Of a stretch of DNA of 64,000 nucleotides, positions 34,037 through 46,293 are shown piece after piece. Both the position numbers and the translations under genes were made by a program. The stretch lies in contig CAVSHR010000004.1 of the NCBI GenBank assembly GCA_963727625.1, positions 1,568,001 to 1,632,000 on the forward strand, written 5' to 3'. This stretch comes from an uncultured delta proteobacterium (lineage in GTDB: Bacteria; Desulfobacterota; Binatia; UBA9968). The notes below the pieces were generated by a model that did no database searches, was not told where the DNA came from, and was given only the letters and a program-made list of their open reading frames with translations. The number at the start of each line of letters is the position of its first letter. The stretch's first letter is position 1.

Positions 34037-34459
34037 TTATCCCGCCAGTTTTTCTGCGTCGACGTGGCGCGAGGGCCGCGTCGCTTTGTCATTTTTTTCC
34101 TTCCAGCGCAGCAGTCCCTGGCGTAAATACTCGGGACTCAAGCCCAGGGCATCGCAGACGTTGGCAAAAGAAAAAACCCAGTCGCTATCGGCGTCGACGA
34201 TCCATGCCGCCGCTTCGTCGAAGTCGCGTTCTCTCTTGCCGTGACTCGCGGTCAGGTTATCCTGGTAGCTGTGGATGCCATCCTCGAGGATCGCCAGCAT
34301 TAGCCGCTTCTCCGGCTCAAAGAGCGTTTTCCGACGGAGATTGTCAAAGTATTGCGCCGAGAGCTGCGCATCCGGCTGGAACAGCGACGCGATTCTATCG
34401 TCATGCACGACACCCGTGGTCTCATTTTCGTAGCTCGAACTCTGCCGCTCTGCGTCCAT
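34037..34459 (-). CDS. Conserved hypothetical protein (FQPD...QYF...EPEKRLMLAILEDG...FSFxNVCDALG family)
   Basis: AGGAGG RBS. The motif pattern resembles a family I recall from Binatia-like genomes; not database-verified. Confidence 0.8.
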   Translation of the reverse strand: MDAERQSSSYENETTGVVHDDRIASLFQPDAQLSAQYFDNLRRKTLFEPEKRLMLAILEDGIHSYQDNLTASHGKRERDFDEAAAWIVDADSDWVFSFANVCDALGLSPEYLRQGLLRWKEKNDKATRPSRHVDAEKLAG

Positions 34460-34469
34460 CGCTATCCTC

Positions 34470-34811
34470 CTAGTTGCCGCTGTTGCCGATGTGATATTCG
34501 ACTTTGCGGGAGATCTCGGTTTTGCTCACCGCGCCAGGCAAGCGCTCCACTTCCTCGCCATCCTGGAACAGAATCAGCGTCGGTATGGCACGCACGCCGT
34601 AACGCTCGATGATTGCCGGGCTGGCATCGACATTGAGCTTGACCACATGGGCCCGATCCGCCCAACTCTGTGCCACCGCCTCAACCGTCGGCGCGAGCGC
34701 CAGGCAGGGACCGCACCACTCGGTTCAAAAATCCACCAAGACCGGCCGCTCCGATTGCAGAACCGTCTCTTGGAAATTGCTATCGTTCACTTCGCGAACC
34801 AGTTTGCTCAT
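34470..34811 (-). pseudogene. trxA: Thioredoxin (WCGPC) with an in-frame TGA at a conserved Trp
   Basis: MSKLVREVNDSNFQETVLQSERPVLVDF-TGA(34725-34727)-TEWCGPC...VVKLNVD...YGVRAIPTLILFQDG. Confidence 0.88.
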
Positions 34812-34813
34812 TG

Positions 34814-35083
34814 TCATCCTCTCCGCTTGACTTGCTCGAGGATCGCCTTGGTCATACATCCTTCGCCCGCTATCTCTGCTCCGCTTCGACATAACTCCGC
34901 CAGTAATTGTTTTCCGGCGTCGTCGATAAATGTCACCTGTTTCAAAACCAGCCCAACCTCCCCCTGCGCCGCCACAAGGCACTGCCAGCAGTCTCGCAGC
35001 TCAGCAACCCAAGGCCCGCTAAGCCGTCCTTCGAGCTCCAAGATCGTGGTTGATCCCTGCCCATGCGCGGTGATTTTCAGCAT
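34814..35083 (-). CDS. STAS-domain (anti-anti-sigma-like) protein
   Basis: MLKIT...LELEGRLSGPWVAEL...VTFIDDAGKQLL. Confidence 0.82.
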   Translation of the reverse strand: MLKITAHGQGSTTILELEGRLSGPWVAELRDCWQCLVAAQGEVGLVLKQVTFIDDAGKQLLAELCRSGAEIAGEGCMTKAILEQVKRRG

Positions 35084-35099
35084 AGTTTACAACGCCGCC

Positions 35100-35513
35100 T
35101 TACATTAGATCGCCGTCGACAACGGCGACAAAAACCCCTTCGAGCCGACCTTTGCCTTCGACAAACGCCCGATCCATCGCGAACCGCTCGATGCCATAAC
35201 GATCGAACCAGGCCACCGCCACCAGACCGCCGTCACTGTCGTAGAGATCGAGATAATCGGCCAATCTCGACGTCGCCGGATCGTCGTACAAAACCACCGT
35301 ACCAAGCCGCATGCCGCCGGCGACAAGCGGCGAAAACTTGACGATGCTGGACGGCCGCCGCGGCAGCTCCGACGCGGCAATGAGATAATGCTTCCCTGTC
35401 TCGAATTCGCCGGCGCTGGCAGTCACCGCGGCAACTGTCACAAAGATGATTGCGCCCAAAACAAGCATCCCGACTTTGACCCCGCTTGTTGGAAACTGTT
35501 TTTTAAGTGCCAT
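35100..35513 (-). CDS. Secreted hypothetical protein
   Basis: GGGAG RBS, signal-like VGMLVLGAIIFVTVAAVTASA, and a beta-rich body (YDDPAT...DYLDLYD...WFDRYGIER). Confidence 0.7.
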   Translation of the reverse strand: MALKKQFPTSGVKVGMLVLGAIIFVTVAAVTASAGEFETGKHYLIAASELPRRPSSIVKFSPLVAGGMRLGTVVLYDDPATSRLADYLDLYDSDGGLVAVAWFDRYGIERFAMDRAFVEGKGRLEGVFVAVVDGDLM

Positions 35514-35565
35514 CGCCAGTTCTCCCCATTTGATCGCATTCCCCCGCACTTCTTGCGGCGCCCGC

Positions 35566-35730
35566 TCAACGCACATTGCGGACAAGATTCGCCGCCGCCC
35601 GTACGGCGCCAAGTCCGTACTCCGCCGTCACTGAAATCAGTGCTGCCTCAAAACCTTGTATCTGCACTCGTGCCAGCAGCGCCGCGCCGACCGACAACAA
35701 ACCCGTTAGCATCGATATTTCGAATTTCAT
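35566..35730 (-). CDS. Small hydrophobic protein, 54 aa (MKFEISMLTGLLSVGAALLARVQIQGFEAALISVTAEYGLGAVRAAANLVRNVR)
   Basis: GGAGG RBS 5 nt before ATG 35730, directly downstream of a sigma54-type promoter; below the ORF-track length cutoff. Confidence 0.55.
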   Translation of the reverse strand: MKFEISMLTGLLSVGAALLARVQIQGFEAALISVTAEYGLGAVRAAANLVRNVR

Positions 35731-35774
35731 TGGTTCCTCCGACTTCGCTTTCTGTTTGCGTCGACATTCAATAT

Positions 35775-35790
35775 GGCAAGTTGAATGCCA
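35775..35790 (-). promoter_or_regulatory. Sigma54 (-24/-12) promoter
   Basis: TGGCATTCAACTTGCC on the minus strand: GG-N10-GC with TTGC. Confidence 0.65.
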
Positions 35791-36174
35791 ACCGCCGGGG
35801 TTGGTTTCCGTGAAGCCAAGTGATGAAAATCACGCAAGTTGTTCGCCATTTAGATTCGTTGAGAAGCCGCCGTGACGAATATAGCGTGACGACCATTCGG
35901 CACGCGCCGAAATCCAGGCTCAATTCCAAGCCTCGCCAGCTGATTAGGCGGGGAATAAGTTAACGATGCTGACGAGCCTTACTCGCCGCCCCGCTGTCAG
36001 GATTTTTATAGACACTGCCATTGAAGCTCGCGCCTGGGGAAGGACACGCTCGAAAACCGGCTTGGCGGCGCTCGCAGGAGGCGCTGTAGACCGGCGGTCA
36101 AAACGACACGGGGCCGAATCAACTGCTCGCCAGCCGAAGCTCTGTAAAACCTCGTTGAAAAGCAGGCAAAGCGT

Positions 36175-36240
36175 GCCGCACTCGTCGAGCATCCAATGGG
36201 TGATCACCGCGCGGCTTTGGAAATTGTAGTATAGCCTCAT
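36175..36240 (-). pseudogene. Glutathione S-transferase N-terminal remnant
   Basis: GAGGTG RBS followed by MRLYYNFQSRAVITHWMLDECG; similarity is lost after that. Confidence 0.6.
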
Positions 36241-36655
36241 CGCGTCACCTCTCATCGAAAAGAATGAGCCGACTGTCTTTTTTCAGCGTGTGAAGGAAAC
36301 GGTTAGGATCAACCCATTGCGGCAAACTTAATTTAGACCCGGGGTTGGCGCCGCAAAGTCTGACGTTGAAGTCCCCGTCCCAGCGGTGAGGACCGTATTG
36401 ATCTTCGGCCGGTCCGACCGTTCACAAATCCTCGGATTTTGGTTAATCTAGAAGCCGAGAGGAAAACAATCATGCGCCACAAAAGGATTGGCTTCCGGCC
36501 GGCCGCTGGAACTCAGCGCTGGCGGCTTCGAGAATCGGAGCTTGAGCGAAATTTTCTCAATGATTTTGGATTCCCTCGATGCGTCTCGAACTCATCGCCG
36601 GATTCCTGGAAAAGTCTTTCAGCAGCGGCCTCGTGAATAGTTGAAGGAGTCTGGT

Positions 36656-37255
36656 ATGTGGAGGCACCCGGCCGTCAATTTGGGTTTTCTCATCCTCGTA
36701 TTAATCTTCTTCTCGCTCCAACATCCCGCCACGGAATTTGGCCCCTCCGCGCCTAGCCGGGCCGTGACCGACAGCGGCGCGCAGCAGATATCCGAGTGGA
36801 TATTGGGCGGTCAGTTTCCACGGAGCTTGCACGCGACCGAAGACTTCAACCGCGCCGCCGACATGGTCAAGCAAACCTGGCACCGGGTCGAGATTTTTAA
36901 CGAATGGATGATGGAGTACAACACGTCCCAGTGGAAAATTTATCGCGCATCGAGCAGCGCCGAGACGGATCTTCTCGAGACAAGATATCACGTCGCCAAC
37001 GCCGAGGTTTTCACCGAGGCGTTGGGCGAGAAAAAGCGCGCAATCAAAGAACTCGGCCGCGCCGAACAATCTCTCCAGGCAGCGCAAAAAATGGTCAAGA
37101 GCTATTTATCTCCCCAACTGACTACCATCCAAGACGAGATCAAGGCCGAAGAAATCAACGAACAAACCGCAGAGACTTTCTCCGCCCAACCGTTCGACGC
37201 GATCAAAGCGAACCTGGACCACGTGATCGAGAGCCTGCGCTTGTCAAGAACATGA
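36656..37255 (+). CDS. Membrane-anchored helical hypothetical protein
   Basis: AAGGAG RBS, N-terminal TM segment (LGFLILVLIFFSL), amphipathic helices. Confidence 0.72.
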   Translation: MWRHPAVNLGFLILVLIFFSLQHPATEFGPSAPSRAVTDSGAQQISEWILGGQFPRSLHATEDFNRAADMVKQTWHRVEIFNEWMMEYNTSQWKIYRASSSAETDLLETRYHVANAEVFTEALGEKKRAIKELGRAEQSLQAAQKMVKSYLSPQLTTIQDEIKAEEINEQTAETFSAQPFDAIKANLDHVIESLRLSRT

Positions 37256-37573
37256 GAGCAGTCGAATCCCGCCATTCCCATCCAAGGTCAAGAGCTCGGA
37301 GCTTCCACGCTGGAGTCCGCCCAAGAGATAGGGTAAAATTTTAACTCTGCGCGCTCAGTGCCTCTGCGGTGAGAATGCCGTCGCAGTAAAAATAGTGACG
37401 GGTTTATCCGATCGACAAGATTCCCCGAGCAATCCACTTGCCGGATAATTCGATCGTGCGCCCAACCGCAGGTTTGCCGAGTGACGCTTGACATTCAAGC
37501 TGATAAACTAATTGAATTTACTAGCCAAACCCTATGATGAATGCGCCTTTATCTTTAAGGGAAAATCATCACC

Positions 37574-39328
37574 GTGATTAACATCAACCAACTTTCCAAG
37601 TCGTATTTCGCCCGCGAGCTCTTCACCGACGTCACTTTGCAGATGAATGCAGGCGAGCGCCTGGCCTTGGTCGGACGAAACGGCCACGGCAAATCCACCC
37701 TCTTTAAACTCATTTTAGGACAAGAAGAGCCCGACTCCGGAGCGATCACGATCCCGCGAAACTATCGCATCGGCCATCTCGATCAGCATCTCCACTTTAT
37801 CCAGCCGACGATTTTGGAAGAAGCGGCGTTAGGGTTGCCGGACGAAGAGTCCCATTCCATCTACAAGGTCGAAGCGATCTTGTTCGGTCTGGGATTCTCC
37901 CATGCTGATCTCGAAAAAGCGCCTCGCGAGTTTTCCGGCGGTTTTCAAATTCGCATCAACCTGGCGAAACTCCTGCTCTCCGAGCCCAACTTGCTATTGC
38001 TTGACGAACCGACCAACTACCTCGACATCACGTCGGTCCGTTGGATCGCCAGATTTTTGACGAATTTTAGAGGCGAGATGATTTTGATTTCCCACGATCG
38101 CGACTTTCTGGACAGCGTCACGACCCACACCGCGGTGATCCATCGCCAGAAAATCCGCAAATTCGAGGGCGGCACCGCCAAGGCCTACGCGCAAATCGTT
38201 CTCGAAGATGAGATTCACGAAAAGACCCGCGCCAACGAGGATCGCAAACGGGCTCATGCCGCGGCTTTTATCAACCGGTTTCGCGCCCAAGCCTCAAAGG
38301 CCAAAATGGTGCAGTCGCGCATCAAGATGCTCGAAAAACTCCCCAAACTCGACGGGCTGGCCGATATCGAGTCCTTGGACTTCGAATTTCGCCACGCCGT
38401 CTTTGCCGCCAAAACCTTGCTCGAGGCACGCAATCTATCGTTCGGCTACACGCCCGGTCATCCTTTATTTCGCCACATCAACCTGACCGTCAACGCGCGC
38501 GACCGATTCGGCGTGATCGGCAACAACGGCAAGGGCAAATCGACTTTGTTAAATGTCCTGTCCGGCGGCCTTAAACCGGCGACCGGCGAGCTCAAGGCTC
38601 ATCCTGACATGAAACTGGGATACTTCGGCCAAACCAATATTCAACGGCTCAATCACAAGTTGACCATCGAACAAGAAATCGAACAGACCAATCCGGCACT
38701 GACGCGCACCCAGGTGCGAAACATCTGCGGCACGATGATGTTCGGCGGCGACTTGGCGTTAAAGAAAGTCTCCGTGCTGTCCGGCGGCGAGAAAAGCCGA
38801 GCCCTCCTGGGCAAGATCCTCGCGCACCCTTCCAACTTGCTTCTGTTGGACGAGCCCAACAACCACCTCGACATGGAATCTATCGATGCCTTGATCGAGA
38901 GCCTGCAAGACTTCCCCGGTGCGCTGTTGATCGTCACCCATAACGAACGGATTCTTCGCGCCCTGGCCACCAAGCTGATCGTCTTTCACCGCGGCAAGGT
39001 CGATGTTTTCGACACGGGTTACGACGAATTTCTGGAAAAGATCGGCTGGGAAAATGAAAACGACGGGAACGGCGCACGGAAGAAGCCGACGACGCGCAAT
39101 GATTACAACGAGAAAAAAGAACGGGAGAAAGCGGAGCGCAGGGAAAAAGCCAGAATCGAGAAGATCGAGGCCCAGATCCTGAAAAGTGAAAACGTGTTAA
39201 AGCAATATAACGATCAACTGGTAATCGAAGCCAATCGTCAGAATCTCGCTCAGATGACCGACCTGTCCAAGAAAATCGGCCAGGTAAAACAGGAAATCGA
39301 GGATTTGTATCGCGAGTACGCGAGGTAG
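37574..39328 (+). CDS. ABC-F family ATP-binding protein
   Basis: Two ABC cassettes (GRNGHGKS / FSGG / LLLDEPTN and GNNGKGKS / LSGGE / LLLDEPNN), linker, coiled-coil tail, no TMD. Confidence 0.95.
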   Translation: MININQLSKSYFARELFTDVTLQMNAGERLALVGRNGHGKSTLFKLILGQEEPDSGAITIPRNYRIGHLDQHLHFIQPTILEEAALGLPDEESHSIYKVEAILFGLGFSHADLEKAPREFSGGFQIRINLAKLLLSEPNLLLLDEPTNYLDITSVRWIARFLTNFRGEMILISHDRDFLDSVTTHTAVIHRQKIRKFEGGTAKAYAQIVLEDEIHEKTRANEDRKRAHAAAFINRFRAQASKAKMVQSRIKMLEKLPKLDGLADIESLDFEFRHAVFAAKTLLEARNLSFGYTPGHPLFRHINLTVNARDRFGVIGNNGKGKSTLLNVLSGGLKPATGELKAHPDMKLGYFGQTNIQRLNHKLTIEQEIEQTNPALTRTQVRNICGTMMFGGDLALKKVSVLSGGEKSRALLGKILAHPSNLLLLDEPNNHLDMESIDALIESLQDFPGALLIVTHNERILRALATKLIVFHRGKVDVFDTGYDEFLEKIGWENENDGNGARKKPTTRNDYNEKKEREKAERREKARIEKIEAQILKSENVLKQYNDQLVIEANRQNLAQMTDLSKKIGQVKQEIEDLYREYAR

Positions 39329-39411
39329 ATTCTCCCGATTGGACGTACCCCCCCACGGAGATTTCCAAACGGAAAATTTGTTTAGATTTACAGGCAAAAC
39401 CTTAAATAGGC

Positions 39412-40641
39412 TTAGCGCTTGGCCGGCGGCGTTATGCGCAGGATCTGCCCGTCGCCAGAGTCGGTGAGAAGATAGAGCGAGCCATCCGGCGCCTGGCGTA
39501 CGTCGCGGATGCGCTCTCGTAGATCTCCCAGGTAACGTTCTTCCTGCGCCACTTTGCCGTCCTTTATAACCAGCCGCACCAACCCACCCGGCGTGAGCGA
39601 GCCGACGAGAAAGTTGTTCTTCCAGCCCGCGAACAGATCGCCCGTGTAGATGGTCATGCCAGAGGGTGCGATCACCGGATCCCAATAGTAGACCGGCTGC
39701 TCCATCCCTGGTTTCGCCGTGCCTTCGCCGATTTTCAAAAGGGTATAGTGGGTGCCATAGGAGATGACGGGCCAGCCGTAATTTTTGCCGGCTTCCGGAT
39801 GATTCAGCTCGTCGCCGCCGCGCGCGCCATGCTCCACGGTCCAGAGCTGGCCGGTCTCGGGATCGAGCGCGGCGGCTTGGACGTTGCGATGCCCATAGGA
39901 CCAGATCTCCGGCCGCGCGCCGTCGCGATTGACGAACGGGTTGTCGCGCGGCGCCGAGCCGTCTGGGTTGATCCGCACGACTTTGCCGAGCGTCGCGGAC
40001 AGATCCTGAGCCCTCTCGGAGTGATTGAATCGTTCCCCCAATGTCACGAACAGCGTGCCGTCCGGACGAAAAACGATTCTCGATCCCCAGTGGTTGGAGC
40101 CGCCGACTTTGGGTTGCTGACGCCAAATCACCTGCGTGTTTTCCAACCCGCGACTGCCGAGCCGCCCGCGGGCGACTGCTGTACCTGCACCGCCTTCGCC
40201 GGCTTCGGCAAAAGAGAGATAAACAAGCCGATCCCTGTCGAAGGTCGGACTCAGCGCTATGTCTAAAAGCCCACCTTGCCCGCTCGCATAGACCTGCGGC
40301 ACACCGCCGAGCGGTTCAGAGAGCCGTCCGTCCGTTTCCACGATGCGCAAGCGCCCCGGACGTTCGGTGACGAGCATCCGCTTGTCCGGCAAGAATTCGA
40401 GCCCCCAGGGATGATCGAGCCCTTTGGCGATCGTCTGCACTTGAACAACGCCTGTTACCGACTCCGGCGCCGGCGAGCGCGGCGCCTGCCCTTGCACCGG
40501 CCCCGGCGCACACCCCGTGAGCCAAACAACCAGCAGGGACAGTCTCAGGCAATCGGCGATCAGCGACGAGCAATAGGGTTTCGACTTCAACCGCGTGACA
40601 CGGGTGGTCCCGAACGAAACAGCACGTTTACCCAGTAGCAT
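39412..40641 (-). CDS. PQQ-dependent aldose sugar dehydrogenase (YliI/GSDH-like), lipoprotein
   Basis: LTGC lipobox, [47 protein letters not shown]; start uncertain. Confidence 0.93.
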   Translation of the reverse strand: MLLGKRAVSFGTTRVTRLKSKPYCSSLIADCLRLSLLVVWLTGCAPGPVQGQAPRSPAPESVTGVVQVQTIAKGLDHPWGLEFLPDKRMLVTERPGRLRIVETDGRLSEPLGGVPQVYASGQGGLLDIALSPTFDRDRLVYLSFAEAGEGGAGTAVARGRLGSRGLENTQVIWRQQPKVGGSNHWGSRIVFRPDGTLFVTLGERFNHSERAQDLSATLGKVVRINPDGSAPRDNPFVNRDGARPEIWSYGHRNVQAAALDPETGQLWTVEHGARGGDELNHPEAGKNYGWPVISYGTHYTLLKIGEGTAKPGMEQPVYYWDPVIAPSGMTIYTGDLFAGWKNNFLVGSLTPGGLVRLVIKDGKVAQEERYLGDLRERIRDVRQAPDGSLYLLTDSGDGQILRITPPAKR

Positions 40642-40789
40642 GCATTTTACTCCTTGGATAACCCACACTGTTGAAATTGGGTTCGGTGCGAACATGGTCT
40701 CTGCCATTTCTCTGAAAGCATAAAACGGGAAATATGGCGGTTCAACCAGCGAATTGAATGATAATGCGCGCCGCGAAGAAGAAATCGAG

Positions 40790-40960
40790 ACGTGACAAAG
40801 CCGAGTACAGGGAAAAGGCAGAATCGAAAAGCTCGAAGCCCAGTCCTAAAAAGCGAAAACACGTTAAAGAAACAGGGCGAGCAACTCGGCAGCGAAGCGA
40901 ATGGTAATAATCTCATCCGGATTGCCGAACTGCCCAGGAAAGTCAGCCAGGTGAAACAAG
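40790..40960 (+). pseudogene. Degenerate copy of the ABC-F 3' end
   Basis: [56 protein letters not shown] (two frameshifts) versus REKAERREKARIEKIEAQILKSENVLKQYNDQLVIEANRQNLAQMTDLSKKIGQVKQ at about 39122-39292. Confidence 0.8.
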
Positions 40961-41219
40961 TCCAGACTGATTTTGCTGAAAAAGTCCGGTTTCAAAAATT
41001 CCGGGGAAATTATTTCGCTCACAGATGCTTTCTAACGCACGATTAGAGCTTGGTTACTCATTCTTTTCATCCCGAGTTTTCGTGAATAGGTGTTTTTCAG
41101 CAGAATCGATAACTCGACTATCGTTCATTCGCCTAGCGCCGATCGCCCGACGGCTATAGACTGCCATCACGCTTATCACCGCAAACATACCTTACCTCTC
41201 CCAACCGTGTCAGAGACGA

Positions 41220-41357
41220 CTCATTCTTCTTCTCCGCCAACTGCGCGCGCAGGCGCTCTTCTTGCTTTCGCAGTTCGGGAGTGAAGTCGTCACCGAAGTC
41301 CTCCGGTTCCAACACCGGGCAAATTTCGATCTCGGTGTCTTCGTTATGCGGGTTGGG
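41220..41357 (-). pseudogene. C-terminal remnant of a YciI/DGPF-family protein
   Basis: PNPHNEDTEIEICPVLEPEDFGDDFTPELRKQEERLRAQL; the N-terminal part is missing. Confidence 0.7.
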
Positions 41358-41363
41358 GTGCTC

Positions 41364-41627
41364 TCAGCCGTCGACCAGAAAGACCGCCTCCGGCAACTTG
41401 GCGTTGGGATCATGCCGGCGGGCTTGGGCGTGGATGCTCGCCATCTTCTGCTTGCAGCGAATCCGATCGTCGATGCGAAAGAGAAAGAATACTTCGTTCG
41501 GCTCATCGTCATTTAACCAGAGGTCTTCCATGACCCAGCCGTCCTCGGCATGGGCGGCGGCATCGATCTCGATCTGCCGTTTGACGTTTGCGATCTTGAC
41601 GCCGGTAAGCTGCAACACGTGAGCCAT
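41364..41627 (-). CDS. Small hypothetical protein (ferredoxin-like alpha/beta fold suspected)
   Basis: AGGAGG RBS; MAHVLQLTG...LWLNDDEPNEVFFLFRIDD. Confidence 0.7.
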   Translation of the reverse strand: MAHVLQLTGVKIANVKRQIEIDAAAHAEDGWVMEDLWLNDDEPNEVFFLFRIDDRIRCKQKMASIHAQARRHDPNAKLPEAVFLVDG

Positions 41628-41694
41628 CGCGAATAACCTCCTAATGACCAACTGAGGTATAAGAATGGGACGGAAAATTGCGCCGTCGGTAGGA

Positions 41695-43781
41695 TTAGTT
41701 TGCGCGGGCGATGCCGAGCTTCTTCATCCGCGACTGCAGCGTGGTGCGCTTCATGCCGAGCCTGACCGCGGCGCCGGTCGGGCCGCCGATCACCCAATCG
41801 GTCTCCGCCAAGCGCGTGATATGCTCTCGCTCGGCGTGCTCCAGGGTGGCAAGACCGTTGGAAGAAACCATCGGCGCGGCGTTGGCTCTTTGCTTCAGCT
41901 CGGCAAGCGGAACTTGCAGCTCCGCGCCGCGCGAAAGGATGACCGCGCGTTCAATAAAGTTTTCCAGTTCGCGTATGTTGCCGGGCCAGTGATACTCGGT
42001 CAGCGCCGTCATCGACTTTGCCGGTATCGTGTCGATCGATTTCTTCATGCGGCGCGCGTATTTCTGCGCGAAGTAGCGCACCAGCAGCGGGATATCTTCG
42101 CGGCGCTCGCGCAGCGGCGGGATCACGATGGGAAAAACGTTGAGCCGGTAGTAGAGGTCGGCGCGGAATTGATTGTCAGCGACCTTGCGGGCCAGATCCA
42201 CGTTGGTGGCGGCCACCAGGCGGACGTCCACGTGGAGGGTGCGCCCGCTGCCCAAGCGCTCGAACTCCTGCTCCTGAAGAACCCGCAAAAGTTTCGGCTG
42301 CAGCTCGAGCGGAATGTCGCCTACCTCGTCGAGAAACAGCATGCCGCGATGGGCCAGCTCGAAACGGCCGACCCGTTGCGCGATGGCGCCGGTAAATGCG
42401 CCCTTCTCATGGCCGAACAACTCGCTTTCCAGCAACCCGGTCGGAATCGCCGCGCAATTGACTTTGACCAGGGTGCGTTCGCGCCGCGCGCTCAAATCAT
42501 GGATGGCGCGGGCGATCAGCTCCTTACCCGTGCCGGTCTCGCCGAGGATGAGGATGGTCGAATCGGTCGGCGCCACGGTTTGCAACTGCTCTAAAATATT
42601 TCTCAAGGCCGGACTGTCGCCGATGATCTCTTCGAAATCGTATTTCGAGCGGATCTCATCCTGCAAGTAAAGCTTCTCTTCCCTGAGTTTGTCGGCCCGC
42701 TCCACTTCGCGGCGATAGGCCAGCGAATTTTCCACCGCGATGGAAATCTGCTTGGCCACGTGCTCCAGCAAGCGCGCATCCTTCTCGGGAAACACGTCGT
42801 CGGTCAGGCTGGCGACCACCAAGGTACCCAGCGGCCTGCCGTGCGAAATCAGCGGCAGGCAGTAGGCGGACTTGAGTCCCTCCGCGAGAATGCGCCGGGC
42901 GATGTCGGAGCCGAACTGCTCGATGTCCGCTCGGCTGATGTACACCGGCCGGCGGGTTTTGATCGCCCGGCCGGTGGGCGACCCTTCGACGGGGACTTTC
43001 AGCCCCTCCTGAAGCATTCCCTTGCTCACCGAAAAATCCAACGCATGAATTTGCAGGCTGTCGGTTTCCGCGTCATAGAGCGAAAGACTCGCGTATTCAT
43101 GGGCCATCAGACGCCGCAGCGAACCCGACACGGCGTTGAGCAGCTCGTGCAGATCGAGCACCGAGACAATGGCATTGTTCACTTCCAGCAGGATGCCGAG
43201 CCGGTCGCGTTCCTCTTTGAGCTGGTCCTGCACCGATTGCGCCTGTTCGAAGTTGAGCGCGTTATCCACCGCCACCGCCACCTGGCGCGCGACCTGTTGC
43301 AAAAAAATCACGTCGCTTTCTGAATAGGCGCCAGCCGTCCTGCTGCCAAAAGCCAGCGCGCCGAGCGTTCTCAGCGCGGTGGTCACCGGCACAATGCAGA
43401 GCGATTGAACGCCCCGGTCGCTGAGCCACTGGGAAAGCTCCGGGAATCGGCCGTCGCCGGCGAGTTGAGCGGCAACCCAGGGTTTCTGGTTCTGCCAGCC
43501 CCACTCGCCGGCGGGTTCCATGGGGCATGCGCCGTCGGGGCAACTGCAAGAAGGATCCGACGTTTCCAGAACGTGGAATTTCATTAACTTACGCATCGGT
43601 TCGTGAAGTATCAGATTGGCAAAATCAAAACGCACGACACTATGCAAATGCGGCGCGAGCTGGTTGAAGAGCTGGCCTAAATCTCTTTGCGACGCGATCG
43701 CGCTTCGGAAATCTCGAGGGGCGCCTGATACTGGCTGTGCAGAGGATCCACAAGCCGTTGGTCGATAGTATCGTCCTTCAC
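41695..43781 (-). pseudogene. FhlA/HyfR-like sigma54 activator (GAF-GAF-AAA+-HTH) with an N-terminal frameshift
   Basis: GETGTGKE, ELFGHEKGAFTGA, WPGNIRELEN and HTH are intact. The likely true N-terminus (GTG 43781, MKDDTIDQRLVDPLHSQYQAPLEISEA) joins IASQRDLGQLF only if 2 nt are removed at GAAGCGCGATC (about 43700). Confidence 0.75.
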
Positions 43782-44133
43782 GCCGAACGGAGTGTACAAC
43801 GATCACCCGGCGAGCAAAACGGCCGGCGCAGTAAGCGCATTACTCTTAACCAACGATTAACCGTCAATCGCCGCTGTGGGAGGCGATATCAGCCGCTCTG
43901 CAAGGCACGCGTCTCTGGTACGAACACACGAGATATTTGCCGCGCACCGGCGCTGCTCTTAGCAAACACGATCCGGAGATTTCACCGCGTCGACCGCCAG
44001 CCTTACCGCTCGGTGCAAACATTGCGCCGGCGCTGTTCAAACACCGGCGAGCTGGAGATATTTTCTCTTCCTGACTCGTTGCCCAAGACTGCACAGTTAA
44101 AGTCCGGCTCTATCTTTTCTACCCACTTCCTTA

Positions 44134-46071
<1,938 letters not shown>

Positions 46072-46293
46072 GGATGCCCTTTCCCCTATGATAAGCAAAG
46101 CACTTTGAACGAGACCCAACAAGAGGGATTACGCCGCCAGCGGCAAGCCGGAGCGGCAAGGATGAGGCTCAAGGATGGGGTTAATCCGATCGGTCAGCCG
46201 GCGGCAAGACCAGTCTTTAAAATCGATCGCTTCCGCGCGAGCGCATACCCATCGCAGGGTAAAAACACCGCATCTCTCCGGCATTGCCAAGCG

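Noticed and set aside
34700-34730. Selenocysteine thioredoxin or UGA=Trp genetic code
   Set aside because: The TGA aligns to Trp outside CxxC, only a 4-bp hairpin follows, and TGA terminates many intact genes here (guaB, comM, GT2s).
35774-35790. Plus-strand sigma54 promoter at the same site (also GG-N10-GC)
   Set aside because: It has ATGC rather than TTGC and no credible plus-strand gene follows; the minus-strand reading leads to an RBS and operon.
43864-44094. 76-aa ORF as the missing FhlA N-terminus
   Set aside because: No GAF-like sequence; the N-terminus is better explained by GTG 43781 plus a frameshift.
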